From positions 261,587 through 325,586 of the forward strand of contig NBVN01000004.1 of assembly GCA_003056265.1 (NCBI GenBank): 64,000 nt of DNA, read 5' to 3'. The DNA comes from Zestosphaera tikiterensis. GTDB lineage: Archaea > Thermoproteota > Thermoprotei_A > Sulfolobales > NBVN01. The position numbers and the translations under genes were made by a program. The notes under the pieces were generated by a model. It was not told the DNA's origin and made no database searches. It worked only from the letters and a program-made list of their open reading frames with translations. This document shows, piece by piece, positions 56,011 to 64,000 of this stretch (the stretch's first letter is position 1; every line of letters starts with the position of its first letter).

Positions 56011-56904
56011 TCATGAACTAAATAGAGTTCCATGTCGGCATATTTTAAACACGCCTAGAGGTTCACTAATCTTCTTTAAAACTTCGTAGGTTTCGTTGAT
56101 GTAGTTCGCCTGAGTTAATACTGCGATAGTGCCTTTCTTTACGAAATACCCTAAGACCGCACCTTTGCTTAGGAGAGTTCGTAGGGAATCATCCACTTTA
56201 TCTTTTAATGTATTTTCCAGCATCCCCGTCTTAACGCTAAACTCATGCGCTTGCTCTATGAACGTATCCAACGAAGGATTTCTTAAAAACTTTAAATAAG
56301 ACTCTAGCCCATACTTCCGTATTTTACCGGCATAGAGCTTAAGCATTTCAGGCGTTGTTAAGCCTTTCCTAACCAATCCAACACATACAGCCACATTTTC
56401 CTTTACAGGTACGACGTCAACCTCACCTACCCCAGGAGGGCCCGGTTTTAAACGTATGACTAAACCCCCGCCAATTAATTCAGCTATAACGTCGCCAAGG
56501 CCTGTTCTTAAAGTTACCTCCGCCATGTGAGCCAATACCCCAACTTTTTTCAACGTTATAGGTATGGCTCTTTTAATTAGAGCTGATGTGGCTAACGTAA
56601 TAGATAGAGCAGCGCTTAAACCAAGTCCCTGACCTAAACCTACGGGACTCGCTACAAAAGCTCCTAAATCCTTAACTCCTGCTAAGCTCTCCATAACTTG
56701 CTTTAAATCCTGACCTACCTCAACCAAGTTTAACTTAAGAGTTTTTTCGCTGAAGTTTTTAGAAGTCACCACAGGTTCGAGGGTTAACCCAACGCCTAGG
56801 GAACCTGTGGTTATGGGGTCTGAAGTATAGTGTGGTATCCAAAACCCCGTTATGTGGAGAGGTATTTTAAGCTCTCTTACCATATGCGAGTTCATCTCTA
56901 ACAA
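56011..56904 (-). CDS. GHMP-family kinase, probably pantoate kinase (archaeal CoA pathway)
   Basis: A GHMP phosphate-binding motif, PVGLGQGLGLSAALS. The gene overlaps coaBC and lies near the phosphopantothenate synthetase gene. Confidence 0.65.
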   Translation of the reverse strand: MLEMNSHMVRELKIPLHITGFWIPHYTSDPITTGSLGVGLTLEPVVTSKNFSEKTLKLNLVEVGQDLKQVMESLAGVKDLGAFVASPVGLGQGLGLSAALSITLATSALIKRAIPITLKKVGVLAHMAEVTLRTGLGDVIAELIGGGLVIRLKPGPPGVGEVDVVPVKENVAVCVGLVRKGLTTPEMLKLYAGKIRKYGLESYLKFLRNPSLDTFIEQAHEFSVKTGMLENTLKDKVDDSLRTLLSKGAVLGYFVKKGTIAVLTQANYINETYEVLKKISEPLGVFKICRHGTLFSS

Positions 56905-58126
56905 TGTCTAATATCCTCCGTGCTACAACCTCCTTCAAAGACTTAGGTATGTGTTCTTTAAAGCCGTTCTTACCGACCACCACTACCTCATTATAATCTG
57001 AGGCGAAGCCTATCTCAGGGTTGCTAACATCGTTAGCTACTATGTAATCAAACCCTCTGCTAATTAACTTATGTTGTGCTAACTCTATGAGCTTATTTAA
57101 ATCGTTAAACACGGTTTCGGCAGCAAAACCTATAAGCAGGCCTTTGTAAACTTCCCTAACCTTAGCGGAGATCTTAGGGGTGGTTTCAAGAACTATTTGA
57201 AGTTCGTTTATGTCTGACTTTATCTTCTCCTTATAAACAGTCCTAAACCTAAAGTCTGAAGGCGCTGCCGCCATTATCACAGCGTCATATTTACGACTTC
57301 TAACCTCATTTAAAACAGCTTCCAACATCTCTTCAGTTGATTCAACAGCTATGTTCCTAGTGTAATACGGTTTAGACACAGATAAAGGTCCGTGAATTAA
57401 AGTCACGTTAGCCCCTCTGAAGTAAGCTTCTCTAGCTATAGCAACACCCATCTTACCAGAGCTTGAATTCGTTATATATCTAACGCTATCTAACCTTTCA
57501 CGCGTAGGTCCTGAAGTCACTAAGATGTTTAACCCACGTAGATCCTTACCCCTTAAAGTGACCGCTTCAACCGCTGCTATGACGTCCTCCGCATCTGGGA
57601 ATTTCGCACGGCCCTCAACTAAGTTAGGCCATAAAACCGTAACGCCTAAGCTCGTTAGAAACTCAAGTGCTTTAACTATTGGTGGGGACTTCCATAGGCC
57701 TTCATGCATAGTAGGAACTAATATTAACGGCTTTCCTAAACCAAGCATGTTAACCGCTGTTAACGTTACTGGATTATCGCCGATGCCTGCCGCTATCTTA
57801 GCTATGGCGTCAGCACTAGCTGGAGCAACTGTAAACGAACTGCCTTCAAAACTTAACGCAACATGTCCTGTCTCACCTTTAAACTCCGTGAAAACCTTAG
57901 TTCCAGTAGCCCACTCAATAAGCGTTGGGTTTATAAGTTCTGTTGCTGCTTTACTCATCACAACGTATACGTCGGCACCTCTCCTAATAAGCTCTCTCAT
58001 GATGTCGATTACTCTATATATAGAGACGGAACCCGTCAAACCAAAAACTAGCTTAACCCCTTCAAGATGCTTAGATTTAGTGCTTTTAATCTCGTCGGCA
58101 GGATGTCGTAAAGGTTCCTTCAGCAT
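56867..58126 (-). CDS. coaBC: bifunctional phosphopantothenoylcysteine decarboxylase / phosphopantothenate-cysteine ligase
   Basis: An N-terminal flavoprotein domain (LVFGLTGSVSIYR, PASADAIAK) and a C-terminal DFP domain (ILVTSGPTRE.LD.VRYITNSSSGKMG). Confidence 0.9.
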   Translation of the reverse strand: MLKEPLRHPADEIKSTKSKHLEGVKLVFGLTGSVSIYRVIDIMRELIRRGADVYVVMSKAATELINPTLIEWATGTKVFTEFKGETGHVALSFEGSSFTVAPASADAIAKIAAGIGDNPVTLTAVNMLGLGKPLILVPTMHEGLWKSPPIVKALEFLTSLGVTVLWPNLVEGRAKFPDAEDVIAAVEAVTLRGKDLRGLNILVTSGPTRERLDSVRYITNSSSGKMGVAIAREAYFRGANVTLIHGPLSVSKPYYTRNIAVESTEEMLEAVLNEVRSRKYDAVIMAAAPSDFRFRTVYKEKIKSDINELQIVLETTPKISAKVREVYKGLLIGFAAETVFNDLNKLIELAQHKLISRGFDYIVANDVSNPEIGFASDYNEVVVVGKNGFKEHIPKSLKEVVARRILDIVRDELAYGKRA

Positions 58127-58267
58127 TTTATCACCGTCTTACTTATCTTCTTTTTACTATAAAAACTAACCATCACTTTCCACTCAAGTTTAAAGAGTTA
58201 ATTATTTAAGCATAGGCGGTTTAATTCAAATTGGCCCTAATGTAGAAGGGGATGTGAGGTAAGCTCT

Positions 58268-58747
58268 ATGGCGGGATTTACGATAAGGAAAGCCAGGCTT
58301 GAAGACCTCCCTCAAGTCATCAACATTAATTTGATTTCTTTAAGGGAACACTACCCTGAAGATTTTTGGAGGCAACACCTTGAGATGTGGGGGGAGGCGT
58401 TCTTAGTTGCTGAAGCAGACTCTAAAATTGTTGGTTACGTCATGAGTAGAGTGGAGAGGGGTTTTGGCTACTTGCGTAAATCGCTATATAAGAAGCTAGG
58501 TCACATAGTAAGCATAGCGGTGATGCCTGAATATAGAGGACGTGGGATAGGCTACGCTTTAATGACGGAAGCTTTAAAAAAGCTTAAGGAGGTTTACGAT
58601 GTTAAGGAAGTTTACTTAGAAGTTAGAGTAAGTAACGAGCCAGCCATAAGACTTTATGAAAAATTAGGTTTTAAGAAAGTACAGAGGATTAAATACTACT
58701 ATCTCGACGGTGAAGACGCGTGGTTAATGTCTATAGAGTTAAGTTAA
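58268..58747 (+). CDS. GNAT N-acetyltransferase (RimI/Ard1-like)
   Basis: The acetyl-CoA motif VMPEYRGRGIGYALM, with the surrounding GNAT pattern. Confidence 0.85.
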   Translation: MAGFTIRKARLEDLPQVININLISLREHYPEDFWRQHLEMWGEAFLVAEADSKIVGYVMSRVERGFGYLRKSLYKKLGHIVSIAVMPEYRGRGIGYALMTEALKKLKEVYDVKEVYLEVRVSNEPAIRLYEKLGFKKVQRIKYYYLDGEDAWLMSIELS

Positions 58748-59297
58748 GCGATGTGGTAAAGACCTTCCTCTCGTTTAAGATTATTGCTGTAGACGTGTTT
58801 ATCATGCCTACGTAGTCTTCAAGACCTAAAGATATGAAGTAAGAGGGCTTCACCTCATATATTACTTGAGTGATTTCCGGTAATCCAACCCTTACATTAA
58901 GACTTCTTAAGCGATCTCCAAACCCTTTAGGTGGGAAGTAAGACGTTATTATAGCCTTAGATTTCCCTAAGGTAGTGTGGAGTTGGATTAAACGGGCTAT
59001 GTTTTGATACGTTTCAATACCGCCAATGCCTCCTAAGCTTACATTACCTAAATCTACGAACGTACCATCAAGTAAGATACCTAATGAACGACTTAACTTA
59101 GATATGTATATATCGTCGAACTTACTCGTAACTAAGTATACAGGTTCTTTAAATGCTTTAATTAATTCAGGCAGGGGTATTTTCGGCCCACTTAAAAGCA
59201 ACGTTAAATCGTAGTTCGTGTCATCTTCAGTAAGTTTCATTAAGTCTTTCCTAGACTTAACACGTCTACCTAAAACAACCCTTACCAACATATTCAA
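58731..59297 (-). CDS. hypothetical protein (last gene of the PRT/CitG-like operon)
   Basis: ORF track. It overlaps the upstream gene, and no motif was recognised. Confidence 0.4.
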   Translation of the reverse strand: MNMLVRVVLGRRVKSRKDLMKLTEDDTNYDLTLLLSGPKIPLPELIKAFKEPVYLVTSKFDDIYISKLSRSLGILLDGTFVDLGNVSLGGIGGIETYQNIARLIQLHTTLGKSKAIITSYFPPKGFGDRLRSLNVRVGLPEITQVIYEVKPSYFISLGLEDYVGMINTSTAIILNERKVFTTSLNLTL

Positions 59298-60189
59298 ACA
59301 CCTTATACATGGCTACAGCAGTAGCTACGATATCTGAGGTGCTTCCTGGGTTTACGCCTTGACGTCTAACCCACAGATCTAACTCTTCTTTTTCAGAGGC
59401 GTTGAAAAAACTCCATTTAGAAGCTATACTCTTAAAGAATACGGCGGTACTTAAATTCCTAGCTTTAACGATTAACGTATCTAAATACTTCGAGAGCATG
59501 TAGGTATGTACGTCTCTCAAAACTTCATAGAAATCCTCTACGGGACTTAACTCAGCGATTCTTTCGTATGCTTCAAGGGTTTTCCTATATCCGTTGATGA
59601 GTTCATACGTAACCATGTCCGTATAGCTTGAGTTTAAGAAAACGTCCCACAACGTTAACTTACTTAAATTGCTGTAGTCATTAATTGTTACTGAAGGTAT
59701 CCTACCTACATACTTACCTAGGTGTTTGATAGAGGCTTTCTTTAACGCTTCATAAAAATCTACTGGATCCTCATCCTTCAGCTCCTTAATTAAATAGGGC
59801 GAGTATGTCTTAACTAAATCAACGGGTGATTGAATTGGCTTACCATCTCTTAACATGAGGGCGGTCATGAAAGTTAATGGTATAGTAAGTATTAAAAAAC
59901 CTAATGAAGTGTTTGTCTTTATGTATGGGTGAGCCATTAAATCTGAGATAATATTTCTTAAGTTACGACCTAATTCTAACTTACTGCTTTTTAAGAACTT
60001 AATGAGCATCTCAACGTAATGTTTCTTAAGCGTTAACGAGGTGTATATAAACTGGTTTATGTTTAAGTCTTTAACGCCTTTAAGGTTGCTTACGGTACTT
60101 ATTTTGTTCGGTGCTAAAGCTTCAATAAGTATAGATGCCGATATTAAATCAGCTATTACATATATTGATTTAGTGTTAACATTAATCAC
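59266..60189 (-). CDS. CitG/MdcB-like protein (triphosphoribosyl-dephospho-CoA synthase family)
   Basis: KTNTSLGFLILTIPL resembles the CitG motif GVNTHKGSIFSLGLL. GVNPGSTSDIVATAV resembles NLSPGGSADLL. The comparison relies on my memory of E. coli CitG. Confidence 0.5.
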   Translation of the reverse strand: MINVNTKSIYVIADLISASILIEALAPNKISTVSNLKGVKDLNINQFIYTSLTLKKHYVEMLIKFLKSSKLELGRNLRNIISDLMAHPYIKTNTSLGFLILTIPLTFMTALMLRDGKPIQSPVDLVKTYSPYLIKELKDEDPVDFYEALKKASIKHLGKYVGRIPSVTINDYSNLSKLTLWDVFLNSSYTDMVTYELINGYRKTLEAYERIAELSPVEDFYEVLRDVHTYMLSKYLDTLIVKARNLSTAVFFKSIASKWSFFNASEKEELDLWVRRQGVNPGSTSDIVATAVAMYKVFEYVGKGCFR

Positions 60190-60904
60190 CTTTTAAGTTC
60201 ATAACGACGTAGATCTTCTCTACGCTATCACCTATTAACTCACGCCAAGCATTACCTAAAGCTATTATAGAGAAGAGACCCACCGTTAAAGCACCGCTCA
60301 TTCTAACGAGCTTTATTAAAGCCAGCGATGTCCTCCCAGTACTTAATAAATCATCAACTATAAGTACGCGATCATTAACTCCTAAGGCCGTTGTTGGCAG
60401 GAATAGATGCATAATGGCTGGAGGGTCTCTAGCTAGGTAGCTTGTTTGATAGTAGTCTTTAACCCCTACTTCAGGTCTTCTTCTCGCCACAACTAACTTA
60501 GCGTTTAAGACTTCCGCCACCGCCACTCCTAAAGGTATGCCATCAACTTCAACTGTAGCTACGGCTGTTATGTTGTACTTCTGAAACTCCCTAAGAGCTA
60601 TGAAGGACAATATCTTAAGCATTGGTATGTCGTAGATAATCCTCGACAAGTTATATATGTTTTTACCCGCTTCAACTATCCTCTCAGAAAGCAGCTTCTC
60701 AACTACGGTTGGGTTAAGTAGTTTCTCAACAAGCTCAGCTGCCCTCTCATGACTAGGCCTTATCCTCTTATTTATATATCTCCAAAGACCCGGAGCTGGA
60801 AGGCCTGTAAGCTTCTCAAGATCTCTATACTTCATTACTTTCTTGTAAGCTTTAAGTAACTCTACAGCTATAGTCCTTACATCTACGTCCATATTGACTA
60901 CCAT
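60182..60904 (-). CDS. phosphoribosyltransferase with an N-terminal HTH domain (PyrE-like / COG0856-type)
   Basis: PRPP-binding motif VLIVDDLLSTGRTS. The N-terminal YRDLEKLTGLPAPGLWRYINKRIRP is HTH-like. Confidence 0.75.
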   Translation of the reverse strand: MVVNMDVDVRTIAVELLKAYKKVMKYRDLEKLTGLPAPGLWRYINKRIRPSHERAAELVEKLLNPTVVEKLLSERIVEAGKNIYNLSRIIYDIPMLKILSFIALREFQKYNITAVATVEVDGIPLGVAVAEVLNAKLVVARRRPEVGVKDYYQTSYLARDPPAIMHLFLPTTALGVNDRVLIVDDLLSTGRTSLALIKLVRMSGALTVGLFSIIALGNAWRELIGDSVEKIYVVMNLKGD

Positions 60905-61056
60905 TACTAACTACCTTTTCAAGTTTATGTTAATTTAGAGTTAATAAATTTACATTAAGCTATGTAAAAAGTAGTTCACACATATATAACGTTTTTCTGA
61001 TAACAGCATCTTAAAGGAAAAACCGTTATTCGTTTTAAAGTTAGTTTGAGAGTGCG

Positions 61057-61341
61057 CTATACCTCCTCTATACCTCCAACTACTTTCTCTATGAAGTCAG
61101 GGTCTGAAACCTCATCCACAAGTACCGAGGCTATCTTCCTAACTATGTTTTGAATGCTGTCCCTTAAGTCGATTATCTCGTCTAAAGCTATGAGTCGAGG
61201 CTCTCCATTATCTGAAATAACTATCACAGATATCTCTATACCTACTTCCTCCATTAAGTAGTTTTTTAAACGCCATATCTTCCTTAGATACTCATGGTTT
61301 GAGGTCGGAGGTATTGCCGCCACTATAGTTAGGTGTTTCAA
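61057..61341 (-). CDS. hypothetical small protein (paralogous to 55310-55633)
   Basis: ORF track. Confidence 0.4.
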   Translation of the reverse strand: MKHLTIVAAIPPTSNHEYLRKIWRLKNYLMEEVGIEISVIVISDNGEPRLIALDEIIDLRDSIQNIVRKIASVLVDEVSDPDFIEKVVGGIEEV

Positions 61342-61453
61342 CGAGTACCACTTGCGAATCTTAGAATGGGAAAGTTTTTAAGACTTAATCTATATTAACG
61401 CCGTTTAAACATGTTTCACATAAAGATTTATATGCAACAAAACATATTAATAA

Positions 61454-61915
61454 ATGGGGGTGAGGATTGAGTTGAGACTCAATTCAGTTAGCGGTAAAAG
61501 TAAGAAGGTTAAAGTGATTTACGAAGACGAGGATATAGTAGTCGTTAGAGCTCCTGACGACGAGGAACTTAGCGAGTTAGTTATAAACACCATTAAGAAC
61601 GCTGGAAGACCTCTAACTTGGAAGGAACTAAGGAAAGAGTTAAGCGGCTTAGTAGGTGAGGATAGACTTAGGAAGGCCGTAATTAAGCTTATAGAGCAAG
61701 ACGTCGTTGTTGAGATGATTGACGGCACCTTCGGACTCAAAGGTATGGAGTTGACTTACGTCCCTAGGAAGTTGAAGAAGAGGGTTAGGCCTTTAGTTCC
61801 TAGGAAATTTAGAGTTAGGTGGGGTCCGTTAATAGAGGCTAGAGGCTCTATATCCGCTGCGATACAGTATTTAAGGGAAACCAGAGCTAAAGAAAAACCT
61901 AGAGCAGTTAATTAA
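61454..61915 (+). CDS. hypothetical protein with a wHTH-like middle region and a basic C-terminus
   Basis: RPLTWKELRKELSGLVGEDRLRKAVIKLIEQDVVV resembles a winged helix. The tail is Arg/Lys-rich. Confidence 0.4.
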   Translation: MGVRIELRLNSVSGKSKKVKVIYEDEDIVVVRAPDDEELSELVINTIKNAGRPLTWKELRKELSGLVGEDRLRKAVIKLIEQDVVVEMIDGTFGLKGMELTYVPRKLKKRVRPLVPRKFRVRWGPLIEARGSISAAIQYLRETRAKEKPRAVN

Positions 61916-61950
61916 ATAAATGTTTTCCGAACATACTTAAGGAGTAAGTG

Positions 61951-62103
61951 ATGTGTGAGGAAGCAGAGTTTAAGATCGTTGGGAAGTCAGTCTTCGTTAA
62001 GTTAAGGTCTGGAGCAACTGCTTTCATCCCTTTAGAGCAGATATGCAACGCCATAGTAGCTTACAACATATGCCCTCCAAAATCTGAAAGAATTAAATGT
62101 TAA
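61951..62103 (+). CDS. hypothetical 50-aa protein (not in the ORF track)
   Basis: My own translation gives MCEEAEFKIVGKSVFVKLRSGATAFIPLEQICNAIVAYNICPPKSERIKC. GGAG lies 7-10 nt upstream of the ATG. Confidence 0.3.
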   Translation: MCEEAEFKIVGKSVFVKLRSGATAFIPLEQICNAIVAYNICPPKSERIKC

Positions 62104-62153
62104 GATTAAGTTGAGATACTCCTTAATTGACGTCCTTACGTTAAGCTTAACAA

Positions 62154-63002
62154 CTAAGTTGAGAGAGCATTTATTTTTTCTTTAATTATTAAAGCATCGT
62201 ATTCCAAACTTGGGGACTCACATATAATCACTCCAGCTATTTTAAAGTCTTTAAGGGCTTTAAGCACTTCAACCCAGTTGAATCTAGACTCCTTTAAATT
62301 CAGATGTTTTTTCTCACCTCTAACCCCGTATTCAATGCCTGACATATGTATGTGCATGTTATTAAGGGCTTCCCTACCCAGCCTTTCCTCAATGAGGCTT
62401 AAAATCCTAACGTACTCTTCGTAACTATTAACTTTTCCTAAGCTCCTAGCATATATATGCGCGAAATCCACTACAGGAAGGCTTAACTCAACACCCTCCA
62501 CTATAGAGATTACCTCTTCTAACGAACCCACCTCAGCTAAGCCGCCCATAGTCTCAGGCCTGACCCAAATCTTAATCCCTTCGTTGATTAGCTCTTTAAC
62601 GATGTTTATTAAGTGTTTTCTAACGACCTCTACAGCTTTTTCTGAGTTAAGCTTACCGTAGTAACCGGGGTGGAAAGCCACAGACCAAGCACCGGCTAAA
62701 TATCCCACCCTAGCAGAATCGAGGACTCTTTTTATTGACGCTTCAACTTTGGCGGGATCTTCCGAAAGTAGGTTTACGTAATATGGTGCGTGAACCGTTA
62801 GAACAACACCTAACTCTCGAGATACGTATCTAGTCTCACTAGCTACCTCGGCACTCATCCTAACACCCCTTACGAACTCTATCTCCATAGCGTCTAGGCC
62901 TAACTCAGCAACTCTTTTAACTCCCTCAGGGGTTGATTGCTTCTTAGAAGTTAACGGTATTCCAGCAGGGCCTACGTAAATTTTATTGAGAACTTCAAGC
63001 AC
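62154..63002 (-). CDS. nfo: endonuclease IV family AP endonuclease (TIM-barrel, Nfo-like)
   Basis: Metal-ligand landmarks: VHAPYYVNL, AFHPGYY, PETMGG, DFAHIYA and HMSGIEYG..GEKKHL. Confidence 0.85.
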   Translation of the reverse strand: MLEVLNKIYVGPAGIPLTSKKQSTPEGVKRVAELGLDAMEIEFVRGVRMSAEVASETRYVSRELGVVLTVHAPYYVNLLSEDPAKVEASIKRVLDSARVGYLAGAWSVAFHPGYYGKLNSEKAVEVVRKHLINIVKELINEGIKIWVRPETMGGLAEVGSLEEVISIVEGVELSLPVVDFAHIYARSLGKVNSYEEYVRILSLIEERLGREALNNMHIHMSGIEYGVRGEKKHLNLKESRFNWVEVLKALKDFKIAGVIICESPSLEYDALIIKEKINALST

Positions 63003-63085
63003 GTTATATACCCTATTAATATACGTTACTTAAAATAAATTAACTTCTTTAAAGTTCTTCAATAAAGTTTATAGGGCTGAATCAT

Positions 63086-64000
63086 TTGAATGAATACGTG
63101 AATCCTAACGAAGGCTTAAAAGAAGTCAATCATTGGGTAGTTAAACTCAGGAATTCTAAACCTATAGTTTTAGGTGCTGGTGGTGCTGGAGACGTAATAT
63201 CTGCTTATATATTCTGTGAAGTTCTTAAAGACTTCTTCAACGTGTTGGAGTGCTTACCCGTAGGTGTTTTATGGGAGAGATGGGTTTTAGACCCTTACCC
63301 GGGACCTATACCTAAGTCCCTAGTTAGAAACGCTAGAGTAGGTAATTGCGTGTGGGTAAATCGGGACAGCTATGTAGAGAGGCCTAACTACGTCTTCAAG
63401 CCTCAAGCATCGTCTATATCAGAAGTTTTAAGTAGGGAAATCCCTACGTTAACCCTCGAATATGGTGTTGAGGGGTGTGTAAAATGTTTAGACGAGTTGA
63501 CAGGATTGGGTTACGGACCTGTAGTAGTTTTAGACGTTGGTGGAGACATACTTGCTGAAGGGCATGAAGAAAATCTCTGGTCTCCGTTAGCTGACGCAAT
63601 AAGTTTGGCGGCGGCAAGCCATTATGACTCCATAACAGCTGTCTTAGCTCCTGGCGCCGACGGAGAATTAACGCAGGACGAAGTCCTTAAGAAAGTTGAG
63701 AAGCTTTTAAAGTTGGGAGGATACGTTGGAATTCTCGGCTTATGGAATCACCATGTCAAGGCATATGAGGAGATATTAGATAAGACAGTTACTGAAGCTA
63801 GTAAAGCCCCGTACAAAGTCCTTAAGGGTGTTTTAGGCGTTGAGAGAATAAGAGGAGGTAGTAGGGAGGTAACCCTCAACCCAATAACTTTAGTAGCTTT
63901 TATATTCAAGACGCATGAAGTCCTTAAGTTAAATAAGCTAGCGGCAAGCATAACAACAACAAAAAGCTTAGCTGAAGTCGTTAAAATAGCTAAACAGCTT
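63086..64000 (+). CDS. DUF1152-like protein (partial, runs off the window)
   Basis: The frame is open from TTG 63086 / GTG 63098 to the window end. GAGGAGDVISA and LDVGGDILAEG..ENLWSPLADA resemble the DUF1152 pattern. The ORF is absent from the track because it has no stop. Confidence 0.5.
   Translation, partial: MNEYVNPNEGLKEVNHWVVKLRNSKPIVLGAGGAGDVISAYIFCEVLKDFFNVLECLPVGVLWERWVLDPYPGPIPKSLVRNARVGNCVWVNRDSYVERPNYVFKPQASSISEVLSREIPTLTLEYGVEGCVKCLDELTGLGYGPVVVLDVGGDILAEGHEENLWSPLADAISLAAASHYDSITAVLAPGADGELTQDEVLKKVEKLLKLGGYVGILGLWNHHVKAYEEILDKTVTEASKAPYKVLKGVLGVERIRGGSREVTLNPITLVAFIFKTHEVLKLNKLAASITTTKSLAEVVKIAKQL

Overview
This window looks like a chromosomal segment from a thermophilic crenarchaeon (Thermoproteota-type). 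Supporting gene content: TBP, Alba, AglB/STT3, pilins with class III signal peptides, the archaeal pantoate-kinase/phosphopantothenate-synthetase CoA route, and an HMG-CoA synthase/thiolase/DUF35 operon. I cannot name the species from sequence alone. I recognised no rRNA, tRNA or CRISPR array.

Most of the window is housekeeping:
- 1-6.1 kb: a group-4 membrane-bound [NiFe]-hydrogenase cluster.
- 7.1-10.6 kb: a type IV pilus ATPase and platform protein. The pilin genes lie far away at 19.2-21.9 kb.
- Single genes: glyA, MTA phosphorylase, TBP, AglB, Hsp20, endonuclease IV.
- 30.4-38.6 kb: an Opp/Dpp-type ABC transporter.
- 38.7-41.3 kb: the mevalonate entry operon.
- 46.5-58.1 kb: loosely clustered CoA-biosynthesis genes.

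The clear accessory part is an AT-rich island of about 7 kb (roughly 11.45-18.44 kb). Its core is a cassette bracketed by two diverged, non-coding inverted repeats of about 0.5 kb. Each repeat is packed with short iterons, and the iteron sequence differs consistently between the arms (GGGATAA on the left, GGGACA on the right). The cassette carries an AbrB-like gene, a zinc-ribbon gene and a type IIG restriction-modification gene broken by two frameshifts. I rate this as the most unusual structure in the window.

Other points worth a second look:
- A thiolase-family protein in the HMGCS operon that lacks both catalytic cysteines.
- Two GC-rich, probably structured RNAs plus a C/D-box sRNA candidate, next to an orphan HEPN gene.
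- A GltD-like/HycB-like module attached to the hydrogenase.
- A patchwork of two synonymous-codon regimes inside single ORFs.
- A small operon of an HTH-phosphoribosyltransferase, a CitG-like protein and an unknown protein.

All family calls rest on motif recognition by eye. No database search was run.
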